A stretch of 64,000 nt of DNA from Epiperipatus broadwayi (GCA_028023455.1 JAQFVV010000006.1:10478001-10542000); one strand, 5' to 3'. Positions 1 to 12,360 are shown, numbered from the stretch's first letter. Translations and numbers: made by a program. Notes: generated by a model not told the origin, from the letters alone.

Positions 1-30
1 TGCTACTGTGTGGAGAGTTTTGCCCCTGTA
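1..30 (+). repeat. Truncated end of a family-A HHR element
   Basis: gctactgtgtggagagttttgcccctgt matches the family-A terminus gcactactgtatggagagttttgcctgt seen at 4300-4330, 21330-21361 and 47040-47065. Confidence 0.7.
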
Positions 31-699
31 TTATATTGATAAAAACATATTATAAATGTATTATCAAGCATCTGTGTTTATAGTAGATTCTCACATCAAC
101 ACAACAGTTTATGGAAATTGATAATATATCAGACAGAGTTGCAAAATCATTTTTCAAATTAATTGAAGATATCAAATGCAGTTAATTCATATTTATGCTC
201 CAAAAAGGTTTATTGTGCTAAAGAAGTAGAAAACTTTTATCCAGATGTGCAAAATGCTTTTATTAAGACCAAACATTTGAAAATGGTTATGGGAATGCTA
301 GAATTGTAAACAATTGAAAAAACAAAGTGCTTTATGTAAATTTGGTTATGATTAGAGAAAAGAAAGAGGACCTAAACTTGTGGAATTTCCAAAAACAGAA
401 AGCCTACATATTGTGAATACTTTCTTTGAGGAAAATTCTAAACAAAATGGACATGGACGCATCCAAATGAGGTGTAACAGAATTGATTTATATCTTGACT
501 AATGAACAATAAGCATTTCAAGTTTGTAATTCTCTTAATAGATTCAACCTAGGTATTGATGATCGATTAATAAAATAAAAGGTAATTGAGTGCAAAACTA
601 GAAAGAGAAGATAACTAATAAAAAAATAATTTTAACAATTGTAATTCAATCTATCTTTTTGTTCTTTCCTTAATCATTTGTAACTCAATAGATACGCAT

Positions 700-1400
700 G
701 GTTCTCTCTTCCAAAAAGATAAAATGATGACTATGTTAGAGATTCACATCTTAGCACTGCTTTGAACAATTCTACTTTAAACACTAAGCCCACAAACAAC
801 ATTAATGCATGGACGAGTTTTCCTTTCATATTGGGTACATCTAAAAAGCTGCAGACAGTCTAAATAAATTCAACCTTAGTTTAAGGATTCCACTGATCTC
901 AACCAAATATCAGACAACACCAAATACCTCAGGACCAAGCTCTTCAAATAATTTATAAAATTAGCTATAATGAACTCAACTTGCAAAGCAATTTACTATG
1001 GTGAGTCTTATGTCAACCATACTACTAGATTAACACAGCACAACTACATATCAAATGCACCAAAACAGACCCCAATGTAAAGTCAATATTTTTAGAGCAT
1101 GAGATCGATTCAGACTACAATTTTGATCCACTTAATATCAAAGTCATTTGCTATTGGTGCAATCATCCAAAAAATAAAGAAGTGTGGTTTCTTACAAATA
1201 ACATCCATGCAATAAACAAAAAAGACTCATGTGTTGCATTACCATGCAGGTGGTGTAGATTCTATACACCATTTTTATTTGAATATGACCACCTGATTGA
1301 AAACAGTACTAAGCTGCAAATCTTTAAAGGAATCATAAGTTTACACTCTTTCTGGTGTATTGGTCCATCCCTATTGAGTTTTAACACTTAATTTTCAGAA
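700..1400 (+). mobile_element. Penelope-like element 3' fragment (family P1: RT-EN linker plus GIY-YIG endonuclease remnant)
   Basis: With frameshifts reads DQALQIIYKISYNE..CKAIYYGESYVNHTTRLTQH; homologous to 35440-35760, 39630-39930 and 44515-44820. Confidence 0.75.
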
Positions 1401-1499
1401 GCACTCCAATGAATTTAAATTATAACTTGCAAAATTATTTTATGAATGATGGCAGACTTGAGAAATGGTTTAAGCACAACAAAAAAAAAACACCCTGAG

Positions 1500-1790
1500 T
1501 TCAGGCACCAGAACTGTGAGCACCAGAATTGATCCTGGCACCAGCTGATCTTAAGATAGATGGTCTATCAACTATAAAACCAGACCAGGTAAAACAAAAA
1601 TCTATGATTTTATTGCTTGGAAACTCATAAAAAATTTAAGTGCCAGAACTGTGAGCACAATCATTTTAGGACCTCCCTATCATGAATCAAGTACTCTACC
1701 AACTACACCAAGCCACACAAGGTAAAAAAAACGCCTGTGATTTTATTTCTTGGAAGTTCATGAGAAGTTTGCTAGCAGAATTATGAGTTA
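1500..1790 (-). repeat. Two tandem ~135-bp tRNA-like SINE units
   Basis: gcaccagaactgtgagcac at ~1505 and ~1640; ggtaaaa..gattttatt..ttggaa at ~1588 and ~1721; minus strand has A-box-like TGGTGTAGTTGGTAGAGTAC. Confidence 0.55.
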
Positions 1791-2051
1791 CCTAATATAT
1801 CCCAATACCAAATCAGATGCTATCATACCAAACTGTGCAGGGTAATTTAAACATGATTGAAATTGATAAAACGGTAATTGATATTTTAGCTGGTAAAAAT
1901 AACACCACAATTTAACACAAAATGTTCTATTGAGATAGGAAAATGTATAAAGAAAAAAAGGAATATGAAATTTAGAAAAAAAGCCTTTAAGAAAAACAGA
2001 ATATCTATGTTTTCTAAAATAGTATATAATCTACTGTTTGAATATCCTAGC

Positions 2052-2090
2052 ACCTCACTGAGGAAGCCAGTAGCAGAAACCGGTCTAGGT
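2052..2090 (+). ncRNA. Minimal type-I hammerhead ribozyme motif, family B
   Basis: ACCTCA-CTGAGGA-AGC CAGTA GCA-GAAAC-CGGTC-TAGGT; palindromic stem III ACCGGT, GUC site; stem I has a 1-nt deletion relative to the 45238 copy. Confidence 0.7.
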
Positions 2091-3741
2091 TTGGAGATAT
2101 TCTGCAAAGCTTGTTAAGAACTTTTATTATATATATATGTGTGTGCGCGTGTGTGTGTGTGTTGATACGAAGATTTTCACAGGTTGCATATATAAAAGTC
2201 ATATTTTTCAGGTTCATCCTGTTAACAAATTTAAGTATTGATATACCAATGTTTCAACTTGATCACACAAGTCATCTACTGAGTGATAAAAGATAGAAAG
2301 AAGGTTGTAGAGGCGCTACAATCACTAATTTGAAAAAAAAAACGTTCAAGTTCCACCAATAGCAAAAATGTTAAATTAAGAATATAGAAACACAATTCTA
2401 TCAATATTTAAATTTTTTAACAGGGATGAACTCGCAAAATATATCATATATAAAGAGAGAGATTGATAAGGATATATAAGAAAATATAATTGTGAATTGA
2501 AAAACTATAGAAGAGAATAAAAATATCAAAAGTATAATTGGAAGAAAGGTTATTTATTACTGAAAAGAGAGATTATATGAAATGTGTAGAACAGTTCTAT
2601 AAAAAATATATAATTATAAAACAAATTTGTCTAATTATATAATTAAAAAAAATAGCAATGATAATAAAATGCAATATTCTCTACAATTACAATATCTACT
2701 GAATTGTTAAGTATTTTAAATAAAAGGGGAGATATGCAATTAAATTTACATAGAAGGGAAAAGCTCCAGGAAGTAAGGAAATTATTATTAATGTCCTAAA
2801 AAAAGCAAGTAAAAATTTTTTGGAAAAATATTAGTAGAGCTATATACCAATTTCTAAATGATAAAAAATATACCCTATGATTGGAAGAATAACACAGTGA
2901 TATAGATATTTAAGAAAGATGATTACAAATATTGCAAATCTAGGTTATCTATCATGTCTCCACAAAATCTTTACAGTAACAATTACAAATGGCATACAGT
3001 GAATTTTGGATAATCAAAAGAATAAGCTGAATTTAAAAATAACTTTGCCAAAGTGGATAACATCCAAGTACTGAAAGAAGTTATGGAAAGAACCAATGAA
3101 TAAGAGTTAATATTACTTTTTATATTTGAAGATTATGAAAAGGTATTACCTTCTATAAGCATTTTTACAATAATTAAAGCTTTGTATCATCAAGGTATAA
3201 ATCCTGGATATTCATTTTTTTAATATGTCCCAGAATTCAACAGCAATGATTAGATTACATGATGATACTAAGAATAATAATATTCACACTAAAATAATTA
3301 AATGACTTCATTGCTCTGTAGGTTAGAAGAAGTTCCAGAAGGGACAAGAGAAGGACAATAAGATTCCACTTCTCCAAAACATCTTACAGCAGTTTACAAG
3401 AAGTATTTTGTGCATTAAAATGGGAAGCTAAGAAAGTAAAAATAAATGGATGTTATTTAATATATCTACATTTTGCAGATGTTGTGTTTGTTTTGAAAAT
3501 AATGCTTCAGAGATTCAAATATTTTTGCAAAAGTTATCTAATAAACTTTTAAGAAAATAAAACTAAAGATAAATACTAAAAATACTAAAAGTAAGGTTTG
3601 ATGGATTTTCTCAAAAGAAAAGATTGTTAATAATGAATTTTAAAAAATTAACATTTGCAAATACCTTGCTTAGATTATTAATACATAGGAAAACATAATG
3701 GATGAAATTAATCATAGACTTAAACTTGGATAAAATGTTTT

Positions 3742-4393
3742 AAAACAGGCAAAACTCTTCATGCAGTAGGGTCACTCAGTGCAAGTGGGAATAATCAATG
3801 GGTTCCAGAAAGCTAGTGCATAAAATCCCTATCTAGTACATACTCATCCAGTATACCCAGACTAGTTTCTAACTTGTGGCTTTCATCAGTGACGAGCCTT
3901 GGATCTGAGAGTACTGCACATAGATCTTAGGATTTAATGCAACCCTCTAGCAGCCATATTTTATCTCTACTTAACTATAAAACTAAAACACAATAATATT
4001 TTCAATCCAAGCTCAGTAGCTTATATAGTCATCTAGGTCTGAACTCAGTTCAGTACCCATACATTTTGGTGTCTTTGGTTTTTAATAACCATAGCCACCA
4101 CTATCTTTTTAGGCAAGATTGGTATTAAATCACTAAATATCACATGATCATCATTTCTTATGCTTGCTCATAACTGTTGTTAAAACAGGCAAAACTCTCC
4201 ATATAGTAGTGCCACTCAGTGCAAGACAGAGCAATTAATGGATGCCAGAAGGCTAGTGCATAAAATCCCTATCTAGTGCCTATTCTGGCTTGCACTGAGT
4301 GGCACTATTGTATGGAGAGTTTTGCCTGTTTAAGCAACAGTTATGAATGAGCAAGCATAAGAAATGGTGATTATGGGATGTTTAGTGGTTTAG
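3742..4393. mobile_element. Family-A non-autonomous HHR element: partial tandem plus terminal inversion, inserted in the old RTE
   Basis: 11-bp TSD TAAAATGTTTT (3731-3741, 4394-4404); taaaacaggcaaaactc repeated at ~3741 and ~4181 (~440-bp period); 4125-4393 is a palindrome; RTE sequence resumes after the TSD. Confidence 0.85.
3854..3895 (-). ncRNA. Hammerhead motif, family A
   Basis: Minus strand: TCGTCA-CTGATGA-AAGC CACAA GTTA-GAAAC-TAGTC-TGGGTA; core intact, palindromic ACTAGT. Confidence 0.65.
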
Positions 4394-6564
4394 TAAAATG
4401 TTTTTGGCAGATATAACTTTATATTAAAAGGAAATATGTGCCTAAATATTTGAAGAAAAAAAAACTTTTTAATATATGTGTTTTAACAGTTCTTATTTAA
4501 AAATCTAACAACAGAAAACCAAATAAAAGATAAATAAAAGATTTAAGATCACCCAATGAAATATGGAGAGATTGTGAATGGATCAAAAGCAAACTATTTG
4601 CATGAGAGAACAAATTACTAGATATTACGGACAACCATTGAAAGAATTAAGAAATTGAAATGAAGCTGAACTGAATATAATGCTAGAAGAGATTTCTAAT
4701 AGATCACTCACCAAATTACAGAAAGATGTCTGTTAGGAATAACAAAAAGGGTGCAAACACGAAATACATGGGTAAGAGTACAAACAGGTATCGCTGACAT
4801 CATTTAAAGAATTGACTGAAAAGGAGCTTGGATGGACCCCTTTCTAGAATAGATGATAACAGATGGACAGTTAAAGTTTTTAAATTACATCCCAAAAATT
4901 GTAAAAGACTTAGTAAGAGACCATATATGAGATAGATAAATGAAATAAGAAAGTTTGTTGATGTGATGTGGAGAAAAGGAACTAGTAATCGGATAAACAT
5001 TGGAGAGGCAGAAAATAATGATGATAACGTAAATTTATTTTATATACATGTATTGCATACCTTATTAATTGAAAAAATGGAACACACGCTTATTTGATTA
5101 GTATAATATCACTATGTTATATAAAAATAAAAATTTCGTCACACAAATATAATCCCAAGAAACATGAAATTTAGGTTATATAATTCATTGACTACCGTTT
5201 CTTTTGGTATTACAGATATTAATATTCCTATGATTATATGTTATATAATATTGTTCATTTATGAAGATGAACAGATAAATAAGTTTAGATAAGTATGTAT
5301 GAGTGAGGGGGGGTGTACTTTTATGTAGTGTGATATTATTGCTCATAGCAAACAAATATTTAACATTAAAACGGTCCCAGTTGTTCTAAACTAGATGAGA
5401 TAGATTTATATGTATATTATCACCTAAGGCAGATTGAGCTAATTAGGGCAACAAAAGTATCAGCAATCGATAATATTTGGTCACATGATCATCATCACCG
5501 ATAGCTCGTCATTTCTTGCTGTTATCTTAATATAATTATTCTGGCGTTTCAACTTTAATAAACTACACATAATTAAAATGCATACGCAGGCGGATACAGG
5601 CCAGTTATTTTTTATCGCTTAAAAATAATTAAAATGTTTAAAACAATTAATTCATAGAAAGTTATCTTTTTTACACTTCATGGGTTAGGAAGATGAGGAC
5701 TTAATAATATTGAGGAAAAAACTTATTAAATAATGTCAATTGTATTCAAATAACGTAGTCGCAAAACTGGTTTAGAATTATTAACGCTAGCAAAACTAAT
5801 TTAAAATATTTAGATTTTTCAATAAAAGTTTTCATTTTTGATTATTATGAGAATTTTTCTCAACGTAATGCAACATAGAGCTTTAGATATCTGCTACTTT
5901 TTGTTTGGTAACTAATATTGACTCTACGCGAATAATCAAACAATAAGAAGAGTGAAAGATCACGTGATCCCCCCCCCCCTTCCCGTAAAGGGCAGATTAA
6001 CTTTCACGGAAAAATTCGGCCATCATGTTATGACAAAATGTTTTATTAAGGATTAAAAAAAATAAAATATTTATATATGAAGGGCTGCCTGCCATGATTA
6101 TGCCCTGGGATTCGATTTTAGACAAAAAAAATCCCAAGAGGCTTATGATTTCTCTCTCGGATAACTGAGCCTTAGTAAAGCACCTATCTATCCAATATTG
6201 GTCAATAAAATAATATCTAACTTTATTTATCTAGAGAGTAGAACAAACTTTCAAATCTTCATCACCAGCAATTGTCAGCTCTAGCATGGGCTGTTTTTTT
6301 CTCTATGGGGTACTCTTCCATAGAAAGATGTTTGTCCATATATATATAATGTCGTCACGATTCAGATATAGCTTTAACATTGTTAATGGTTGAGCCATCT
6401 TAAAATCATTGTTAATGATTAAGTGTTATCTTTTGGCCATTATTTCATTCTTTGATTATCTATTTAGCACAAGACTTAAAATCCTTAACATATGTACAAA
6501 AATATCATGACCTAGTACTTAGTTCTATTATCATACTTCAGCCATTTAAGTTCAAGAAGATTCA

Positions 6565-6780
6565 AAAGTCTGGTGAGATGAATCTTGGAAATATATTTTA
6601 GATCTCAAGCAGGCCTAAAGCCATCCCATTATTAAGTTGGCCAAGTGCCTATTATTAGGTGGCAAATAGGTATTACTAACTTCAAGATTAATCTTGGAAA
6701 TTGTTTTAAAATTCAAGTAGGTTTACTGCTATCTCATTATTAAGTTAGCCAATTGCTCACTATGGATTAGAAAATATCAG
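6565..6780. repeat. Two diverged ~110-bp direct repeats
   Basis: gat(g/t)aatcttggaaat...tcaag(c/t)agg...catt attaagtt(g/a)gccaa occurs twice. Confidence 0.55.
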
Positions 6781-7784
6781 AAGATAATCAGTCGTTGACA
6801 TGTGTTGTTTAATCTTACTATCAACTCAACATTATTTTAGAAAGTCTTGTATTGTTCATTTGTTTCACATATCTTATTCAATAAAGATGAGATTTTACAA
6901 TAATGGAATCTGTATATATTCCATATCCAGCTAATTGATAAACATGTAGATTGTTATTGAGTAGTCTTAGACTTTACCTTTATATTCTTAAATGCTTATG
7001 AACCATTTTTAAACTAATTTTTTTAATGTTATTATTTTATATTGGTAAGACGTCCATGTTTCACATCCATACAATAAATTAAATAAGATGACAAAATGAT
7101 ATGCAATTAACTTAACTGGTTTGCTTAAACGTTTCGAATATTAACTAATTAACATTTAATCCTTTCTAAATATTTAAGCAAATCAATTATAAATAGGATA
7201 AGGAAAATGGAAATAACCTCAATATTAAATTAATTTAATTGCAATATGTCTGTCATAAATATTTTGTATTTTAATTTGTTAAAAACTGTATCCGCATATT
7301 GGAATCTGCTGTGCATTTAAACATCTAAGAATAGTTCATCTTATACCTATTAGTTTTATTAGATTAATATTAGAATATCATTGCAAATGATAAACAATAA
7401 TCTTTCTATAATATTTTTCCTGATTCTCTCAATCTTGGGTTCAGAGGGCTCATAAATGACATTGGCAAATTCATTGACAGAATTAGTTCTTTTAAAAATG
7501 TTTTCATTCAACAAGATTATTAGATTTTCCATTCCGACTGGCTCCACTAAAGTTTTATTTTATCCCATAGTTTCTTTATCTTTCTTTTTTATTATCATCA
7601 GCAGATATCGTAAATCTCACAGCAATTTGTGGATTTTTAGTAGACAGATATTGTTTATAAAATACATTGCCTATTTTTTTCTAAACCATAAGGAATTTCT
7701 TTCACTAATTTTAGGGATGAATCTTTTGCATAATATAGTTACACATTTATTAAAAATACCACAGCAATGATTCTATTAAGCCAA

Positions 7785-7883
7785 GCATTGGTGGTCAAGA
7801 GTTCAGCGCTGCAGCCTTAAAAGCAGTTGTCCTGGATTAGAGGGTACGCTTCCCAGCCGATGCTATGATACATGAGAAAAAAA
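7785..7883 (+). mobile_element. tRNA-Gly-derived SINE (diverged)
   Basis: GCATTGGTGGTCAAGAG..GCAGCCTTAAAAGCAGTTG..CTTCCCAGCCGATGCTATGATACATG plus A-tail. Confidence 0.75.
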
Positions 7884-9059
7884 GGGATTCTATTAATATT
7901 TTAATGTAACATCTATAATATTAACTCTAATTAACTTTTATTAAATTTCATCGAAGACTAACTGATAATGTGAAACCAAAGAATTATTCGACTTGGTTTA
8001 CAGCAGTTACAAAGAAAATAATTTAATAATGGTATATTATCATGCATTGATGAACAATTTTTAGTTGAGTCACACAACATCAGACTCTTATTTTATACTG
8101 CTTCTACCAGAATGGAATATTATCTTTTGGGCTTACTAATGTATGTTTCATTATTTAAACCTATTAATTCTACAGTTTGAATACTTTTCACTTACATATG
8201 ACTAAAGGCTTCTCTATAAGAATTGAAATCTACTATAAGTGTAAAAAATATAGAAATACTTGGAGAAGATTGTATTGGGATATTTATAAATACAGCATAC
8301 ATAAAACTATCAACATTATTACAATTGCTGTATTATTTGAATTGTATTCGAGAGAAACTGTTTGCTTAGTGTAACAACTTAAAACAACACTATCAGTAGT
8401 ACGTTTAGAATGTATGATATGAAAGACTGAATCGAAACTAGGAATTTTAAGGTATATGTTATTAGAAGCATGGTGAGTCTCTAGAACTACAAATTTCATC
8501 ATTGATATAGGGGATCTTTATTTTTTAATTTTGATACATATTCATAATTTATTGTGTTATTCTAATGAAAAGAATATTCTGTATCATAAAACACACTATG
8601 TGAATATTTGTCTAAAAAATAGGACATCATCTCTTTAGTACAATTATTCCTCAGAATGCAACTTACGTTCATGTTATAAGATAACCTGTTTTTCAAATGG
8701 AGACATGAATTTCCACATACCTAAACATTACTTGCAGGTCAGGTTGCAATGAAACTATCATCTGTCAACTATAATAAATATGTGTAATTTTATTGCAAAA
8801 TAGAATTTTTTTAATATACAACAATATATTTATAACCTTGAAGAAGACTTCTGGATAGTTGAAACTTAAAAAAATTAATAAGTAACAATGTCATAAAATG
8901 TTAATTAGTTGTTATATTTTAAAAGGGTACTTTCAACTTATGCCCCATGTGACCACAAGAGGTTCTGTTTCCTGTGTCAACCACAGAAATATTCAGAGTA
9001 GGGGGGCAAAAGCAGCAACACAACCTTATGCCAAGTAGCTTCCAGCACTACTGCCCACT

Positions 9060-9900
9060 TGGTGGCGCTGATAGACATATGTAAAAACTCAAAGGGAAGT
9101 AGGAAGACATGCATTGGATGCAGAAGTATGGACAGCAAGGGAGGCAATTCAAGGAGAAATGGGATGGTCAAGTTTTCATATGAGAGATGCAAAAAGTAAA
9201 ATGAAAATGTTTGGTAGATTGCAGTTTATGGATAATAAAAGAATAGCTAAAATAGTATTTAATTGGGTTATGAGTAAAGGGCAGGTAACAAGATGGGTGA
9301 GAAAGGTAATGCACTATGCAAAAGATTTGGATAAAGAATTTATATCAGTATATTTGTACAAAAGTGGGATGATTGTGTTAAGAGGTTATTGAGTGTTATA
9401 GTAGTAAGGAATGGGTAAAAGAATAGTTTACTAATAAAGACTAGGGAGTTGAGAGATGGAGAAATAGTTGGAGAGTAAAAGAGTTTAAATATATATAGAA
9501 ATAAACAGAATATTAGGTGTGAGTTAATATATGATAATAGTAAGGAAAGTAGTTTATTGTTTAAAGCTCGAACGGGATCTTTAGCTACAAAGAATATAAT
9601 GTAAATGGAAAATATGGGTGATTTATTTTGTAAATTATGTAAGGAAGGAATTGAAAATATTAGGCATTTGTTAATTGATGTAAATGTTTGAAAACAGAAA
9701 GGGTATATAATGAAGTTGTGGAAAAATAAATATGAAAGAGTGATTATACAGAAAGTGAATTATTGGTTTTTATGCTAGGTTTGGGAAAGATAAGGGGGAT
9801 TTAGATATAAAGGTTATAGAGTTGACAAAAATTATGTTGTGGAAATGGGATAGAGCAGATTATGGGTAAATTTAGAGTGGGGAATGTAAAAGAAAGTGGC
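9060..9900 (+). mobile_element. 3' fragment of a non-LTR retrotransposon (post-RT region and C-terminal zinc finger)
   Basis: ORF 9114-9392 EAIQGEMGWSSFHMRDAKSKMKMFGRLQFMD..TRW; downstream frames give SSLLFKARTGSL and FCKLCKEGIENIRHLL (CxxC..H motif). Confidence 0.75.
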
Positions 9901-10509
9901 TAACAGGTTTATCTGGGCTTAATTGCTGAGATATTCTTGACTTCGTTTAAGGAGAAGCCATAATACATCACATCACATATAGCTTTCATCATTCAACAGA
10001 GAAGCATCTTTTATAGCTCTTCTTCATTTACCATTTCTGTATTTTATATCTCTTATTATATTCATAATTACAGTACTCTAAATTAATCATTGTAATGTAC
10101 TTCCAACTTTTTAAATTTTTCCTGCCATTATCAGATAAACCATTTTAAAGTAAGTAGCTGAATATTCCTTAATGCAAAATTTATGGTGGTTTATCATTAT
10201 TGCTTTGGTTGGCTTTATTTCTTGATCAGTAGAATAATGTAAAAAATGCAAAGCATGGTTTTCTATTTTCATATTCATAATCTTGCATTTTTATCCTTAT
10301 TTTTAGTATTCCTTACAGATATATTTTAAATACAATAGAAGTAAATTGTATTCTTGAGCAGGATTTTCGTGAAATGGACTTATTGGAAAATTTATATTTT
10401 CACTTTTGACAAACATGCAGTTTCTATCTGTAGTTATCTTTTGCTGAAATTTATAATCTTTTGCACCTTCCAGTGTTTGAAAGTTGTATACACATGTGAC
10501 TTTTGTTAG

Positions 10510-11295
10510 GTGTCCATCATAATTTGATGCTGTAGTAGAGTGATAGATTTTGGAGTTCAAGGTCCATGTATTGCAGCCCAGCTATCAGTTCTTATGCTTG
10601 AATTTCTTATGAACTCCTGGCCATTACTATGTTTTTATGACTTCCCAGTATGCTCTGCTGCAGTGGTAAAATGACAGAATCTGAAGCTCAAGTTCCATGG
10701 ATCATAGCCATGCTCTGTCACTTCTGATGATTGAACTTCTTATGGATGTTCAATTACTATATTCTTTATGACTTCCCAGCATGCTCTGCTGCAGTGGTAA
10801 AATGGCAGAATCTGAAGCTCAAGTTCCATAGATCACAGCCATACTCTGTCACTTCTTATGATTGAACTTCTTATGGATGTTCAATTACTATATTCTTTAT
10901 GACTTCCCAGCATGCTCTGCTGCAGTGGTAAAATGGCAGAATCTGAAGCTCAAGTTCCATGGATCACAACCATGTCCTGTCACTTCTGATGATTGAACTT
11001 CTTATTGCCATTCAATTACTGCATTCTTTATGATTTCCCAGCATGCTCTACTGAAGGGCTAGAATGACAAATTCTGGAACTCACGGTCCATGTACTGCAG
11101 CTTAGCTCTGTCACTCTAAATGCTTGAACTTCTTATGAACTCCTGAATAATAAGCCATTCTCTAACTATATTCTTTTTTAATTCCCAGCATGCTTTGCTG
11201 AGTGGTAGAGTGGTAGACTCTGGAATTTAAGGTCCATAGATCACAGCCCAGTCCTGTCACTTATAATGCTTAAATTTCTTATGAATTCCCAAGCA
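10510..11295 (+). repeat. Tandem array of about six 131-bp tRNA(Gln)-like SINE units
   Basis: atgacttcccagc-type motif at 10637, 10768, 10899, 11030 (period 131); units carry GCTGCAGTGGTA(A/G)A and AGACTCTGGAA-like anticodon-arm sequence; dispersed relatives at ~12690, ~14920, ~17210. Confidence 0.75.
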
Positions 11296-11494
11296 ATTTG
11301 ATTCGTTAGGACAAAAGATGTCAAATTATCAAACTGAGTTTTTTCTATAGTTGAAGACATAATAATCAAAATTTTTCCTTTTACATATTCCCTTTCTATT
11401 CAATATTTTTTTACTTTATCAGAGAATTAAACTATTAGAGAAGTGGTATTAATGGTCAAGATAAAAAATCGTAAGAGAAAAACATTTAAAATCC

Positions 11495-11750
11495 CTATCT
11501 AGAATTATACCTATCCCCAAACCAGTTTCAAGCTAATGGCATTCATCAGTGAGGCACTAGTCTATTTAAACACTAGATCTAAAATACTAACTCAAGCCCA
11601 GCATTTATTTAATACTTAACTATTATGTAGAAAATCTGAAATTTTCAGATATCTATGTCTTCAAATCCATCTATCTAATTTAAATAGCTATATGAGGCTG
11701 AACAAAATTCAGAGCTACCATATATTAATAGCATTAACAATATAACATCA
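11495..11750 (-). mobile_element. HHR-bearing element intermediate between families A and B
   Basis: Minus strand: GCCTCA-CTGATGA-ATGC CATTA GCTT-GAAAC-TGGT; 11600-11750 is homologous to 45330-45480. Confidence 0.6.
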
Positions 11751-12143
11751 CTTAAGACTCAAAAAAATATAATAATAAATAAAATAATATCATACATCAT
11801 GTGACTTGACTTGATAAGCTTGTATTATAAATATTGTTGTCTTAGTATGATGGTGATATTTTAATAATAATTACGGATTGGATTATTTCTATCATCTAAT
11901 ATTAAATATGGAATATCTTTAGAAAAATTCAAACTTTATTTAAAATTTCAAATCCATTCAACTGTTAGTAACAACATGCAGGGTACTATATAACACCATG
12001 TATTGAGTGGTATTATTCTTCTTTCTTCATCAAGCATTGCTGATTTGACTAGTGACAGAATTATCATGGGAATCAATCATGGTTCCTATAGATTTATGAA
12101 ATACTGAATCTAAAGTAATGCTCAAACCAACTAGCCTTTGACA

Positions 12144-12360
12144 GAATAGCTCGTTAGATCAAAAGTCAATGTTCATGAATCTAAAGGTTCGGGTTTGATT
12201 CTCAAGTTCAGCATACCTGAAGAAGAAAGAGAATAATACCTTCTGAAATGATATCTTATATACTAACCTGTGCATTGTGATTAATAGTTGAAAGTATTTG
12301 AAAAAATTTAAATAAAGTTTACATTTTTCTAAATTAGGATAACAGAAATAGTCCAACCCA
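12144..12360 (+). mobile_element. Family H: tRNA-like head, HHR-like core and AT-rich tail
   Basis: GAATAGCTC..GTTAGA..GGTTCGGGTTTGATTCTC, then CTGAAGA(12217)-AGAAAG..CCTTCT-GAAA; head and tail align with the minus-strand copy at 56937-57229. Confidence 0.65.

Larger units (their letters stand above)
90..5035 (+). mobile_element. Old degenerate RTE-clade LINE interrupted by nested insertions
   Basis: Colinear nucleotide similarity to the 51.4-54.2 kb LINE: APE part ~90-640, KGKAPG-like at ~2755, DWKN at ~2880, HIQVL at ~3060, RT FADD-like at ~3475, C-terminal part 4400-5010, ending in a short gatgat tail; many stops and indels. Confidence 0.85.

Noticed and set aside
4125-4393. Family A as a DNA-transposon MITE
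   Set aside because: Arm lengths and turn-around points vary, TSD length varies from 8 to 12 bp, ends are asymmetric, and there is an internal HHR and partial tandem structure
8836-8868. Hammerhead CTTGAAGA..GAAAC
   Set aside because: Core has an extra base and stems I and III do not form; at most a fossil
10720-10820. Tandem C/D snoRNA cluster or hammerheads in the 131-bp array
   Set aside because: TGATGA is preceded by C, the terminal stem is weak, outer units lose the motif, and there is no GAAA after the stem; a tRNA-like SINE explains the units better
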